From: Macrostomum lignano | Lineage: Eukaryota | Assembly: GCA_002269645.1 (NCBI GenBank) | Contig: NIVC01003770.1 | Span: 1-64,000, forward strand | DNA: 64,000 nucleotides | Direction of reading: 5' to 3' | Shown here: in pieces, positions 38,405 through 50,624 of the stretch | Layout of the letters: each line of letters starts with the position of its first letter | Position numbering within the stretch: the first letter of the stretch is position 1 | Program-made: the position numbers and the translations under genes | Notes under the pieces: model-generated | The model's database searches: none | What the model saw: the letters and a program-made list of their open reading frames with translations, nothing else | Told to the model about the DNA's origin: nothing

Positions 38405-40280
38405 ACCCTAACCCGAACCATCAAACCCGAACCATCAAACCCGAACCATCAAACCCAAACCATCAAACCCGAACCATCAGACCCGAACCATCAAACCCAA
38501 ACCATCAGACCCGAACCATCAGACCCGAACCATCAAACCCGAACCATCAAACCCGAACCATCAAACCCAAACCATCAAACCCGAACCATCAAACCCGAAC
38601 CATCAAACCCAAACCATCAGACCCGAACCATCAGACCCGAACCATCAAACCCGAACCATCAAACCCGAACCATCAAACCCGAACCATCAAACCCGAACCA
38701 TCAAACCCGAACAATCAAACCCGAACCATCAAACCCAAACCATCAGACCCGAACCATCAGACCCGAACCATCAAACCCGAACCATCAGACCCGAACCATC
38801 AAACCCGAACCATCAAACCCGAACCATCAAACCCGAACCATCAAACCCGAACCATCAAACCCGAACAATCAAACCCGAACCATCAAACCCAAACCATCAG
38901 ACCCGAACCATCAGACCCGAACCATCAAACCCGAACCATCAAACCCGAACCATCAAACCCGAACCATCAAACCCGAACCATCAAACCCGAACCATCAAAC
39001 CCGAACCATCAAACCCGAACCATCAAACCCGAACCATCAAACCCGAACCATCAAACCCGAACCATCAAACCCGAACCATCAAACCCGAACCATCAAACCC
39101 GAACCATCAAACCCGAACCATCAAACCCGAACCATCAAACCCGAACCATCAAACCCGAACCATCAAACCCGAACAATCAAACCCGAACCATCAAACCCAA
39201 ACCATCAGACCCGAACCATCAGACCCGAACCATCAAACCCGAACCATCAAACCCGAACCATCAAACCCGAACCATCAAACCCGAACCATCAAACCCGAAC
39301 AATCAAACCCGAACCATCAAACCCAAACCATCAGACCCGAACCATCAGACCCGAACCATCAAACCCGAACCATCAAACCCGAACCATCAAACCCGAACCA
39401 TCAAACCCGAACCATCAAACCCGAACCATCAAACCCGAACCATCAAACCCGAACCATCAAACCCGAACCATCAAACCCGAACCATCAAACCCGAACCATC
39501 AAACCCGAACCATCAAACCCGAACCATCAAACCCGAACCATCAAACCCGAACCATCAAACCCGAACCATCAAACCCGAACCATCAAACCCGAACCATCAA
39601 ACCCGAACCATCAAACCCGAACAATCAAACCCGAACCATCAAACCCGAACCATCAGACCCGAACCATCAGACCCGAACCATCAAACCCGAACCATCAAAC
39701 CCGAACCATCAAACCCGAACCATCAAACCCGAACCATCAAACCCGAACAATCAAACCCGAACCATCAAACCCAAACCATCAGACCCGAACCATCAGACCC
39801 GAACCATCAAACCCGAACCATCAAACCCGAACCATCAAACCCGAACCATCAAACCCGAACCATCAAACCCGAACCATCAAACCCGAACCATCAAACCCGA
39901 ACAATCAAACCCGAACCATCAAACCCGAACCATCAGACCCGAACCATCAGACCCGAACCATCAAACCCGAACCATCAAACCCGAACCATCAAACCCGAAC
40001 CATCAAACCCGAACCATCAAACCCGAACAATCAAACCCGAACCATCAAACCCAAACCATCAGACCCGAACCATCAGACCCGAACCATCAAACCCGAACCA
40101 TCAAACCCGAACCATCAAACCCGAACCATCAAACCCGAACCATCAAACCCGAACCATCAAACCCGAACAATCAAACCCGAACCATCAAACCCGAACCATC
40201 AAACCCGAACCATCAAACCCGAACCATCAAACCCGAACAATCAAATACGAACCATCAAACCCGAACAATCAAATACGAAC
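38405..40280. repeat. 14-bp minisatellite (accatcaaacccga)
   Basis: Direct inspection; the 14-aa ORF periodicity equals 3 units. Confidence 0.95.
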
Positions 40281-41294
40281 CATACGCAGGAGTCAGAAAC
40301 GTAACAAGAGTGTCAAACCAGAAGGTGCAGGAGTTTTGGGATGCCAAATATTTGATTCAAGGTATCCGGAACGCATCTACAATAAACGAACCACGAGACA
40401 AAGAAGTCGATAATTTTTTTCTGTACCTTCCTGCCTACTATCAGTAAAATAGTTGTAAAATTGACACCTGAAGTTTCACGAGTCTGTCTCACAGACTGAA
40501 GAATTCACATTCTCAAAGACAGATCGAAATTTCACAATCAGAAATTAGGAACTGAGAAGCTTTCAAATATATTTTGATTCATTCAATTTATTGATTCTAT
40601 TAAAAAATGCAGGTACACCAAGTCCTTTTGAAAAGTGCATAACAAACGTCTAGTCAAAATAATTTGTAGGAAGTGAAAATTGAGGGAATGAAATTGGGAA
40701 GCGCCACTCGGGGACATCCCAGTCCACCAGATGGGGTGGAATTTTATTTTCAATCAATTTTACACCCAGCGGGGTGGGGGGGGGACACTGCCCGTGGCCA
40801 TCGAGCCGGGGTTACTAAAGCGAGACGAAGCAGAGTTTCCCGCTTTGGAAAAGACGACATTTGAGGTACTATTGCTCTTAACCTGGCGTCTTATCTTTTT
40901 CCTCAGCTCCAGCTTTGCTCAAGACTTTTAGTTTGAGCCGAAAGCTATATGGAGGATACGTAAAAGGTGGGGATCGAGATGAGGAGACCTATGCGCGTGA
41001 TTGGGATCTGAAGTAAACACTGGCCTGAGCTGCCTCCGTGCCAACTGGGTCCGGCGTGCAGCCGCCTTGAGCTGAGGGAAGATCTACTCATTCGCGCATA
41101 CAGCTTGCAAGTGTGTTAAAATAGTATAGCCCGAGATTTGCACCTTTGCTTCTTTACTCTTTGCCTGTATTAGCTGCTTTTTAAACTGACTGCCGACATG
41201 TAGCGTTGTTAAATTGATCCAAGGGGAACTGACTGCAATTGTTGCATTTGGTCAGACCGTGCGATACTGAGAGAATACTGGGATGCGATCTGGG

Positions 41295-41750
41295 GAGAAG
41301 AGAGAGGAAAGGAGACGAAAGGAGAGGAAAGGAGAGGAGAGGAGAGAAGAGGTGAGGAGAGGAGAGGAGAGGTGAGGTGAGGTAAGGAGAGGAGAGGAGA
41401 GGAGAGGAGAGGAGAGGAGAGGAGAGGAGAGGAGAGGAGAGGAGAGGAGAGGAGAGGAGAGGAGAGGAGAGGAGAGGAGAGGAGAGGAGAGGAGAGGAGA
41501 GGAGAGGAGAGGAGAGGAGAGGAGAGGAGAGGAGAGGAGAGAGAGGAGAGGACAGGAGAGAGAGGACAGGAGAGGAGAGGTGAGGAGAGGAGAGGTGAGG
41601 AGAGGAGAGGAGAGGTGAGGTGAGGTGAGGAGAGGAGAGGAAAGGAGAGGAGAGGAGAGGAGCGGAGAGGAGAGGAGAGGAGAGGAGCGGAGAGGAGAGG
41701 AGAGGAACGGAGAGGAGAGGAGAGGAGCGGAGAGGAGAGGAGAGGAGCGG
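41295..41750. repeat. (GGAGA)n polypurine tract
   Basis: Direct inspection. Confidence 0.93.
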
Positions 41751-42524
41751 AAAACACAGAAGATCACAGGGAAAGAAGGCAGGCATGAAGTCAAAAATAG
41801 CCATTAAGACTCCAGTCGGCGATTAAAATTATTTTTTATCACGGTAATATAAGTCAGTAAAAATAGCGGCTGGCCCAGTTCGCCCACTGAGCAATATGAG
41901 ACATAAATTTCATTACGCAACAGTTTCAGCCGGCGATGACATTAAAATGTTACGGAGAAGCACCTGTGTCCCCATCGTCCCTGCTTAATAAGCCTGGATT
42001 AGGAGATCGCAAAGACAACCCGTTGCTGGGGGAGGTGAGGTGGGGATTGGGACGAATCTGCAGCCGGTGCTCGCAGCGGGGGGCTGCAGGAGAAGAAGGG
42101 ATCGAAGGAGGAAGCGAGACGGGCTGGGAAGAGGCCACAGGGGATGCCAGGTTGGCCCTTTAGGAAGTCGCATTGGACGGCCTCGCCCTTGCCTGTGCCC
42201 GGGACGCGGCGGAAACCTCCCATAGGGATAATAATCCCAGTCATTTCTGCCTAGTTAATATTACGCGCGTGTACTTATACAAAATTTGCATCTCCGCTGC
42301 TTGAATCCCAGGAGCTCAAACCCTTCTCTCCGCCCCTCAAAGGACTCCGCTTTGATATTCATTGCCGGCACCAGACGGCTATGGGAAACTTACTTCGGCT
42401 GACTCGGGCATCGATGGCTAAGGCTGGTTTATTCTTTGAATAAAAATGACCCCGATATTGAGCAGGAGTGCTGAATACGGACAGATAGTTTGTCTGTTTA
42501 GTTGTAAACTAAACACCTGTTTGA

Positions 42525-42850
<326 letters not shown>

Positions 42851-42883
42851 CCGGTCGGCCTCCCTGCCTGTCTAAAACACTAT

Positions 42884-42987
42884 GGGGTCGTACTATAAAG
42901 CTGTCGTAGCGTAAGTTCGAACGTACGTACTGCGGAGATAGGAGCTAAGAACGATCTTATCTTACGATGGCGTTATAGAACGGGCCC
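42884..42987. mobile_element. Possible 104-bp MITE with imperfect TIRs
   Basis: Left end GGGGTCGTACTATAAAG versus right-end reverse complement GGGCCCGTTCTATAACG (13/17 identical); flanks TAT / TAA. Confidence 0.4.
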
Positions 42988-43554
42988 TAAGTCTTACGAG
43001 CTCGTATGTCCAGCTTCGCCCAGCCCACCGATAACAAAAACTACAACTGCGCAGTTTAAAAAACTGGAATCAAAAAGCTGAAATTCCCTATTAAAGCCGG
43101 GTCTCGAATGTCTCTCGCGGTTCTGTCGCCAAAACAGCAGCTCGCACGAAATGCCGCACTGGTTGCTCCTCCCCGCAGGAGTGCCGTCTGCCCACTGTTC
43201 GAACCAGCCTTCGAGCCAGTCTCGTCCCTTCCCTCCTCCTCAACCTATAAAGAAGCAGTTTTCTCAGTCCCGGTGGCTTCAAAAGAAGCAGCCAAATTCG
43301 CAACTCGAGGCTTTGAAACGGGGCGTCCAAGCGCTACACACAGCCGGCACCCGCAGCCACGCATAGCAATGGGTTAGCTATAATAAAAAGCGCATCGGGG
43401 GTGGCGCTGTGATGTAGCGGCTGCTTTGGCAGAATAGTATAATTCGATAATGCCCCGCTGGGACAAGGGGGATTAGCCTAATGAGGCCAGCCTAGGCCAC
43501 TCTACTGTATTCGGTGTGGGAGCGTTGGTCAGGATTTCTCATTGCGGGAGGCAC

Positions 43555-43695
43555 CATTTCTGTTGAGGGGCGCCATTTTTCTCGAGGGGCGCCATTTTTC
43601 TCGAGGGGCGCCATTTAACTCGAGGGGCGCTATTAGCACCAGAGGCGCCAGCACCAGAGGCGCCAGCACCAGAGGCGCCAGCACCAGAGGCGAAC
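43555..43695. repeat. Two adjacent GGCGCC-containing arrays (~20 bp x4 and 15 bp x4)
   Basis: gaggggcgccatttttctc and gcaccagaggcgcca units. Confidence 0.8.
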
Positions 43696-43976
43696 TCGAT
43701 GACAACGGGAACTGGAGAACTCAGCTGGGTTGAGGACAGCCAATATACTGTTTTTCCCGCACTAGCGACACACTCGCCTTCCAAATGCCGCAAACCGGAT
43801 GTTATGGAGGTAAGCGCAGGAAGAGGCTTAGAGGCAGACGACGGGCAGACGAAGGACGAATTGGCATTTTATTGCGCAGGCGTGGCTTGCTCACTGATGG
43901 AGCCGTAATTTGGTGGGCCACAAATCGTGGAATAGTCTGAGTAAAGAAGCAGGCAGAAAATAAATATCCCATTGGG

Positions 43977-45200
43977 AATAATTTTAGTGGAAAAGATCTC
44001 ACTGGGATAAATCTCACTGGGACGAACCTCACTGGTACGAACCTCACTGGTACGAATCTCACTGAGACGAATCTCACTGAGACGAATCTCTCTGAAACGA
44101 ATCTCTCTGGGACGAATCTCTCTGGGATGAATCTCTCTGAGACGAATCTCTCTGGGACGAATCTCTCTGGGATGAATCTCTCTGGGATGAATCTCTCTGG
44201 GATGAATCTCTCTGAGACGAATCTCTCTGGGATGAATCTCTCTGGGATGAATCTCTCTGGGACGAATCTCTCTGGGATGAATCTCTCTGGGATGAATTTC
44301 ACTGGGATGAATCTCTCTGGGATGAATCTCTCTGGGATGAATCTCTCTGGGACGAATCTCTCTGGGGTGAATCTCTCTGGGATGAATTTCACTGGGATGA
44401 ATCTCTCTGGGACGAATCTCTCTGGGATGAATCTCTCTGGGATGAATTTCACTGGGATGAATCTCTCTGGGATGAATCTCTCTGGGATGAATCTCTCTGA
44501 GACGAATCTCTCTGGGACGAATCTCTCTGGGATGAATCTCTCTGGGATGAATCTCTCTGAGACGAATCTCTCTGGGACGAATCTCTCTGGGTTGAATTTC
44601 ACTGGGATGAATTTCACTGGGATGAATCTCTCTGGGATGAATCTCTCTGGGATGAATCTCTCTGGGATGAATCTCTCTGAGACGAATCTCTCTGGGACGA
44701 ATCTCTCTGGGATGAATTTCACTGGGATGAATCTCACTGGGACGAATCTCACTGAGATGTATCTCTCTGGGATGAATCTCTCTGAGACGAATCTCTCTGG
44801 GATGAATCTCTCTGGGATGAATCTCTCTGAGACGAATCTCTCTGGGACGAATCTCTCTGGGATGAATTTCACTGGGATGAATCTCACTGGGACGAATCTC
44901 ACTGAGATGTATCTCTCTGGGATGAATCTCTCTGAGACGAATCTCTCTGGGACGAATCTCTCTGGGATGAATTTCACTGGGACGAATCTCACTGGGACGA
45001 ATCTCACTGGGACTAATCTCACTCGGAAGAATCTTAATGTAACATATCTCACTGGGACGAATCTCCCTGAGACGAATCTCTCTGGGATGAATCTCACTGG
45101 GACGAATCTCACTGGTACGAATCTCACTGGGACGAATCTCACTGAGATGTATCTCAATCGTAAAAATCTCCGGCAAATCTCAGTGAGACGAATCCAAACA
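43977..45200. repeat. 15-bp minisatellite (gaatctctctgggat), indel-free, reads as pentapeptide repeats on +
   Basis: About 80 units; the + frame is open from 43941 to 45203. Confidence 0.93.
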
Positions 45201-45901
45201 TAATGATTATCAAGAGAGCAAATCTCAAGGGAAAAGTCTCGAGGATTTAAATCCCAGTGAAAAGCCGGCCATCAAAGCCAGCAGCTGCAACCAGAAGCTG
45301 GAGATGGCTGAGCCAGCGCAGTCAGGCATAAACAAACCAGGTGCAATACAAGCTGAAGGCACAGCGGGGGCCCCTATAATTGCCTGTTTTTTCCGTTCTC
45401 AATCTGCAATCCTGAGCCCCCTTAAATACCTAATTCCTAGAAATCCGTCAACAATTTTGTAATTAGCCAGCCGGCTCAGGCGTCAGCTCAGCTGAGCCGA
45501 AGCCGAGAAATCATTGGCTTTACCTTTCAATAAGCGGAAGCCCCCCCAAAACACGGCCCTCAGCGCTGGCATTCGAGATTTTTATCCCCCCACCCCCCCC
45601 CCCCGAAATCCAGCTGCGCGGCTGCACAAATCTGTAGCGCCGCAATGGAGTGGGGCAGGTAGGGATGGCCGGGAGGAGAAATTTAATCCCGAATCAAAGC
45701 TGCGCCGGCAGACAGTTGAAGCTGCCCTGGGTTTTTTATTTAGATTCGGCTTTCACTTCGAGACTGCGGCCCGGTCGAGATGCGACTTCTTGCGGCTAAC
45801 TGGGATGGAGTGGCGCTTGCACTGCGGCTCCAAGTGCCTGCCTATCTGACTGGGCGCTTGTCTACCTGCCTATCCTGCATAATTAATAGTAATGCAAATA
45901 A

Positions 45902-45902
45902 C

Positions 45903-45957
<55 letters not shown>

Positions 45958-45982
45958 GTGTCTGTCTGTCTGTCTGTCTGTG

Positions 45983-46025
<43 letters not shown>

Positions 46026-46026
46026 G

Positions 46027-46113
<87 letters not shown>

Positions 46114-46114
46114 A

Positions 46115-46149
<35 letters not shown>

Positions 46150-46150
46150 T
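45902..46150. repeat. (TGTC)n microsatellite
   Basis: Direct inspection. Confidence 0.93.
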
Positions 46151-46739
46151 CAACTAGTTGAATAGTTTAGCAGCTTTCTTCATCAACTTGCATACAGCAG
46201 CTGCACAGTGCAGATGTGCAGAAGCCTGCCCTGAGAAGACTGCTATCCAGCACATGTATCAATTTGTATCAGCAGCTAATTTTTAGAATTAAGCAAGCAA
46301 TAAAAAAGTGGCACAAAATTTTGTCTGCACTGCAATTTTAGAGACTAACCCAGCAAACTGTTACAATATCTGTAATACGATAAAGATTTTCAATCAACTA
46401 TATCAAGAAATACCTCGTAGCTGTTGAAAATTACTTAGCCGCACGCAGTTTCCAGTGTGCTCAAACTTTGAGCAGAGTTAGCCTAGCTGCCTGCACTACC
46501 AGCAGTGCAGTAGTCGATGCCATTGTATTGTCCGCGTCGCAACAATATTCAGTGAGAGTGTTGAGCTTGGTACACTTTCTTCAACGGTGCTCTCCGATTG
46601 GAGTCAATCGAGGGTCTCTTGTCGAGAGAAAAAAAAGGTGAACACTGATTGCCTGGATTTGCCCCCTCTGCGCTACTCGGTTCGCGGCTTAGGGTGGAAA
46701 GCACGCGGTTGCTTAAGATAATCCGCTAGGCTTAGTAGC

Positions 46740-46784
<45 letters not shown>

Positions 46785-47164
46785 CCGGCATTGGCTACCC
46801 GGCCTGCAAGCCAGGTCCCGACGCCATTGGACGTCACCAGTAGCTCTTTTGGCGCCCCAATTTTCATGCTTTTCTCAGCCCGCCAACCAGAGTTAGAAAA
46901 ATCCCCATTCCCAGAATTTTTTAATTCGACACGCCCGATCGGCTGCGGGCCAGCCAGGAGCCGCTGCGGCAAACCGAGTGAGGATTTTCGGGGAAATCAG
47001 AAAACTGGGGTCTGCCTCGGGCCAGCAGCTTTCTCGCGTGTTTTTATAGGTCATTTTTGCAGTAGTTTCGACTTTAAGACATTTTTTAACAAAGCTCTTA
47101 GGTTTCAGTCTCAGTGGAGACTGGACACTAAGTGGACAGTGGACACTAAGAAAACTAGGTTTGT

Positions 47165-47915
47165 GTCTGTGGCTAGTGTCCATCACCATGGGTGTCTGTG
47201 GCTAGTGTCCATCACCATGGGTGTCTGTGGCTAGTGTCTATCACCATGAGTGTCTGTGGCTAGTGTCCATCACCATGAGTGTCTGTGGCTAGTGTCCATC
47301 ACCATGGGTGTCTGTGGCTAGTGTCCATCACCAAGAGTGTCTGTGTGGCTAGTGTCCATCACCATGAGTGTCTGTGGCTAGTGTCTATCACCATGAGTGT
47401 CTGTGGCTAGTGTCCATCACCATGAGTGTCTGTGGCTAGTGTCCATCACCATGGGTGTCTGTGGCTAGTGTCCATCACCATGAGTGTCTGTAGCTAGTGT
47501 CCGTAAGTGTCTGTGGCTAGTGTCCATCACTATGAGTGTCTGTGGCTAGTGTCCATCCCTATGAGTGTCTATGGTTAGTGTCCATCACCATGAGTGTCTG
47601 TGTGGCTAGTGTCCGTCAGTGTCTGTGGTTAGTGTCCATGAGTGTCTGTGGCTAGTGTCCATGAGTGCATGTGGCTAGTGTCCATGAGTGTCTGTGGCTA
47701 GTGTCCATGAGTGTCTGTAGCTAGTGTCCATGAGTGTCTGTGGCTAGTGTCCATGAGTGCATGTGGCTAGTGTCCATGAGTGTCTGTGGCTAGTGTCCAT
47801 GAGTGTCTGTAGCTAGTGTCCATGAGTGTCTGTGGCTAGTGTCCATGAGTGTCTGTGGCTAGTGTCCATGAGTGTCTGTGGCTAGTGTCCATGAGTGTCT
47901 GTGGCTAGTGTCCTA
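47165..47915. repeat. ~29-bp minisatellite shortening to ~23 bp (gtgtctgtggctagtgtccatcaccatga)
   Basis: Direct inspection. Confidence 0.9.
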
Positions 47916-50624
47916 CTGTAGTATTTGACGGCCATAATTTTATTTTCTGTTTCAAGGATCCGCTATTGACAGCACAAACATCACTGCTGCATTTTCTATC
48001 GAAAATGAGAATTCTAGATGAAGTCAGTGCATCACTAATAGATGGACTCATCTCCCAGGTGTGAAAGACTCCCGGGCAATGAAATACAAGCCGGCGCAGG
48101 TCGAGTCGAAGCTGATTAACCCCAACCAATTCTGCTCAAAATAGAGCGCGGAGAGACAGCGATGCAGGAGGAAGGAGGGCGAGAGAAAAGGAATCTGAGA
48201 TGCGCAGGCGAGAAGCAGGTCAGTTGAATCGCTGACACTGATTCAGGGCCAGCCAGTCCCCTCAAGCCCCTTCACTTTAGTCCGGAACCGACTCGAAACG
48301 CCTTTTAGAATTGTAACGCGACACGAAAGAAGCGCTGCTACTGCTGCTAGAGAAAGATGGCGGTACTCTAAAGAAGCTGAGCAGATTAATTTCGAATTCG
48401 TTTGGGCTTTTCTCTTTTTTTCTCCATCTGTGAGCCGCGCCATCTCTTTGTATATTAATCTGCAGACCTAAGGAAGAGATCTGTGCTAAGTACTTTAGAA
48501 AATACAGAGCGCAATGGACAATGTTTTGTTATTTGTTTTTGTCGACAAAACAAGTGGAGAAGCGAAGCGAGAGTGTACATGCCTTGAAGATTCGAAAGTC
48601 AAAGAGCCGCTGTGTGAGCGTGTGCATGAGTGCGTGCCTGCGTACGGTATGGGCAGAATTGACTCAGCGCTGGTTTTGGGACGGCGTCACCGAAGGGGCT
48701 AATTACATTAAAAGTGCCACTGAAACTTTATAATGAAAATCGAAAATAGTCTTGCTGATTTTCTGCTTATTGAGAAAAAATACACATAGTTTTCTCACCT
48801 CGCTACTATCGGGTCATAAGTAGTATTTCGAGCACTAAACTAAAAATGATTTGCAGAATGTGTAAAATGTGCACTGATGCGTGGGTGTTTATTCTTGAGC
48901 ACATGGAGGGTAAAGAGAGACAAGATGATGCCAGACCGCCATGACGTCCATCTCTCTGCGTGTTGCTGGGCACTGAGTCCATGGCTATACTCAGACGAAT
49001 TCCATTCTCACGACCCCCCGTACACTCTACTTTAGGCATTCGGCTCTCGTAATACAGGCATGCTGTTAGATAGACAGACATCCAGTAGTGACAGCGGAGG
49101 GTCTAAAGAAAATCATAAAATTTAAAAGATAGAAGCAATGGAAAACGGAAGCTTATGTTGAAAAACATTGCCCCGCACCAAACGACATTGTCTTCCGTTA
49201 TTTTGAATTTGAATATTTAACGTTAACGGTTTACTGTTTTGAAGAAAGTAAATATTGCTCTATTTAAGAAATGGTGGTATTGCTCAAGGCACGTTACAGG
49301 ACCATAGTCAGGAGTTGCATCCATGGGTAATTAGTGTTCACCGAACTTGTATGAGAAAGAATCAAGATTTTACAATATTACCGCTTTTGAATTTGAAGAA
49401 TGAAATTAAAATGCAACGGCACACAGCGGGTAGCCATAAATTTGCAAGAACAGTGGAGAGAATGCATGAATTTGAGGGCAATAAAACCACCGATGCAATT
49501 AGCGGCTTGGATAAAATGGAACGGTTACGAGTGTACGGTTGTAAAATTTCAGAGCGTCGTAAATTTTCTGAAAACTTATTTTATAAGTTTGTAAAAATGA
49601 ACAAGCGCAGGGTTTTCGCTGTTGTTTAGTTTAAACCACAGATACTTGAATAACTAGATGGGCCACTCAGCACATTTGCGTGTGAACTACTTTCAGTTCA
49701 GTAGTAAGTTAAACAGAAGCATTTTAATGTAATTTTAAAGCCAAGGCTCATTTATTGGCTCTTACCCCCAGCTTAAACCCTCCAATCGAGCCTTTCAACA
49801 CTACCCCCCCCCCACCCAATTTTTATTGCCTTTCAGTGGACTGGCTAATGTACATTATTGCTGAACCAATTAGCAAGCTGTTTACGCCTGCAAGCTTGGG
49901 CTTCTAAACTTATCAAAGTCATTTCAGCTGCCTTTATTTTTTATAAAATAGCTTATGTATTCTTCTTTGCTACTGAACTGAAAGTAGAAAGCCTTTTTAC
50001 TAAGCATATATGCCTGAGTGGCTGATCTAGTTATTCTAGTATCTGTGGTTTAAACTCTTGGCTTTTTGTTAGCGCGAAATAATAAATGGTCGAAAAGTCG
50101 AAAAGGATTAAAGCTACCCCCGATTATCAGTTTTCTCGTATCTTTTATTTCAGAATAGTCCAAGAGAAATTGCATAGAGTGGCGACTTTACAATGTTGCT
50201 GAGTATATATTATCCCATTGATAACTAAGTCAAATAGATAGGCCTTTACTAAAATTGATGGCAAACACAAAATAGCAATGAGCGCATTTTGCGATGCCTA
50301 ACTATGGCAAGGAAGATTCAGACAGCCGCTAATTCTAACAAGCGGACAGAGAAGGAATGAGAGAAGAGAGAGACAAAGCCAGGGTTAGAAGGATAGACAG
50401 TTCGGCAAAGTTAGAGCTCGAAGATTGGACAGAAACAAAAGGAATTAAAGATAGCCAGGTATTAGAAAAGTTCTCATCTGCTGGCCATGCAGGAATGCCG
50501 AACCTGTGTATTAATACATAGGCTTCTTCAGGCGCATGCGGTAGGCTGCACATACTGACGCGCCGCTTAAAACACGTACAGCTTTGAGACGGTCAGTCAA
50601 CTCATTCCGCAAGTTCAATACTGA

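Noticed and set aside
38341-40447. Two ~690-aa PNHQTRTIKPEPSN ORFs
   Set aside because: Overlapping frames of a stop-free 14-bp satellite.
49255-49629. Possible very old Tc1/mariner C-terminal remnant (SQELHP.., DAI..ERLR)
   Set aside because: The resemblance to SPDLNP and RLxxC motifs is too weak and no TIRs were found; it needs an HMM search.
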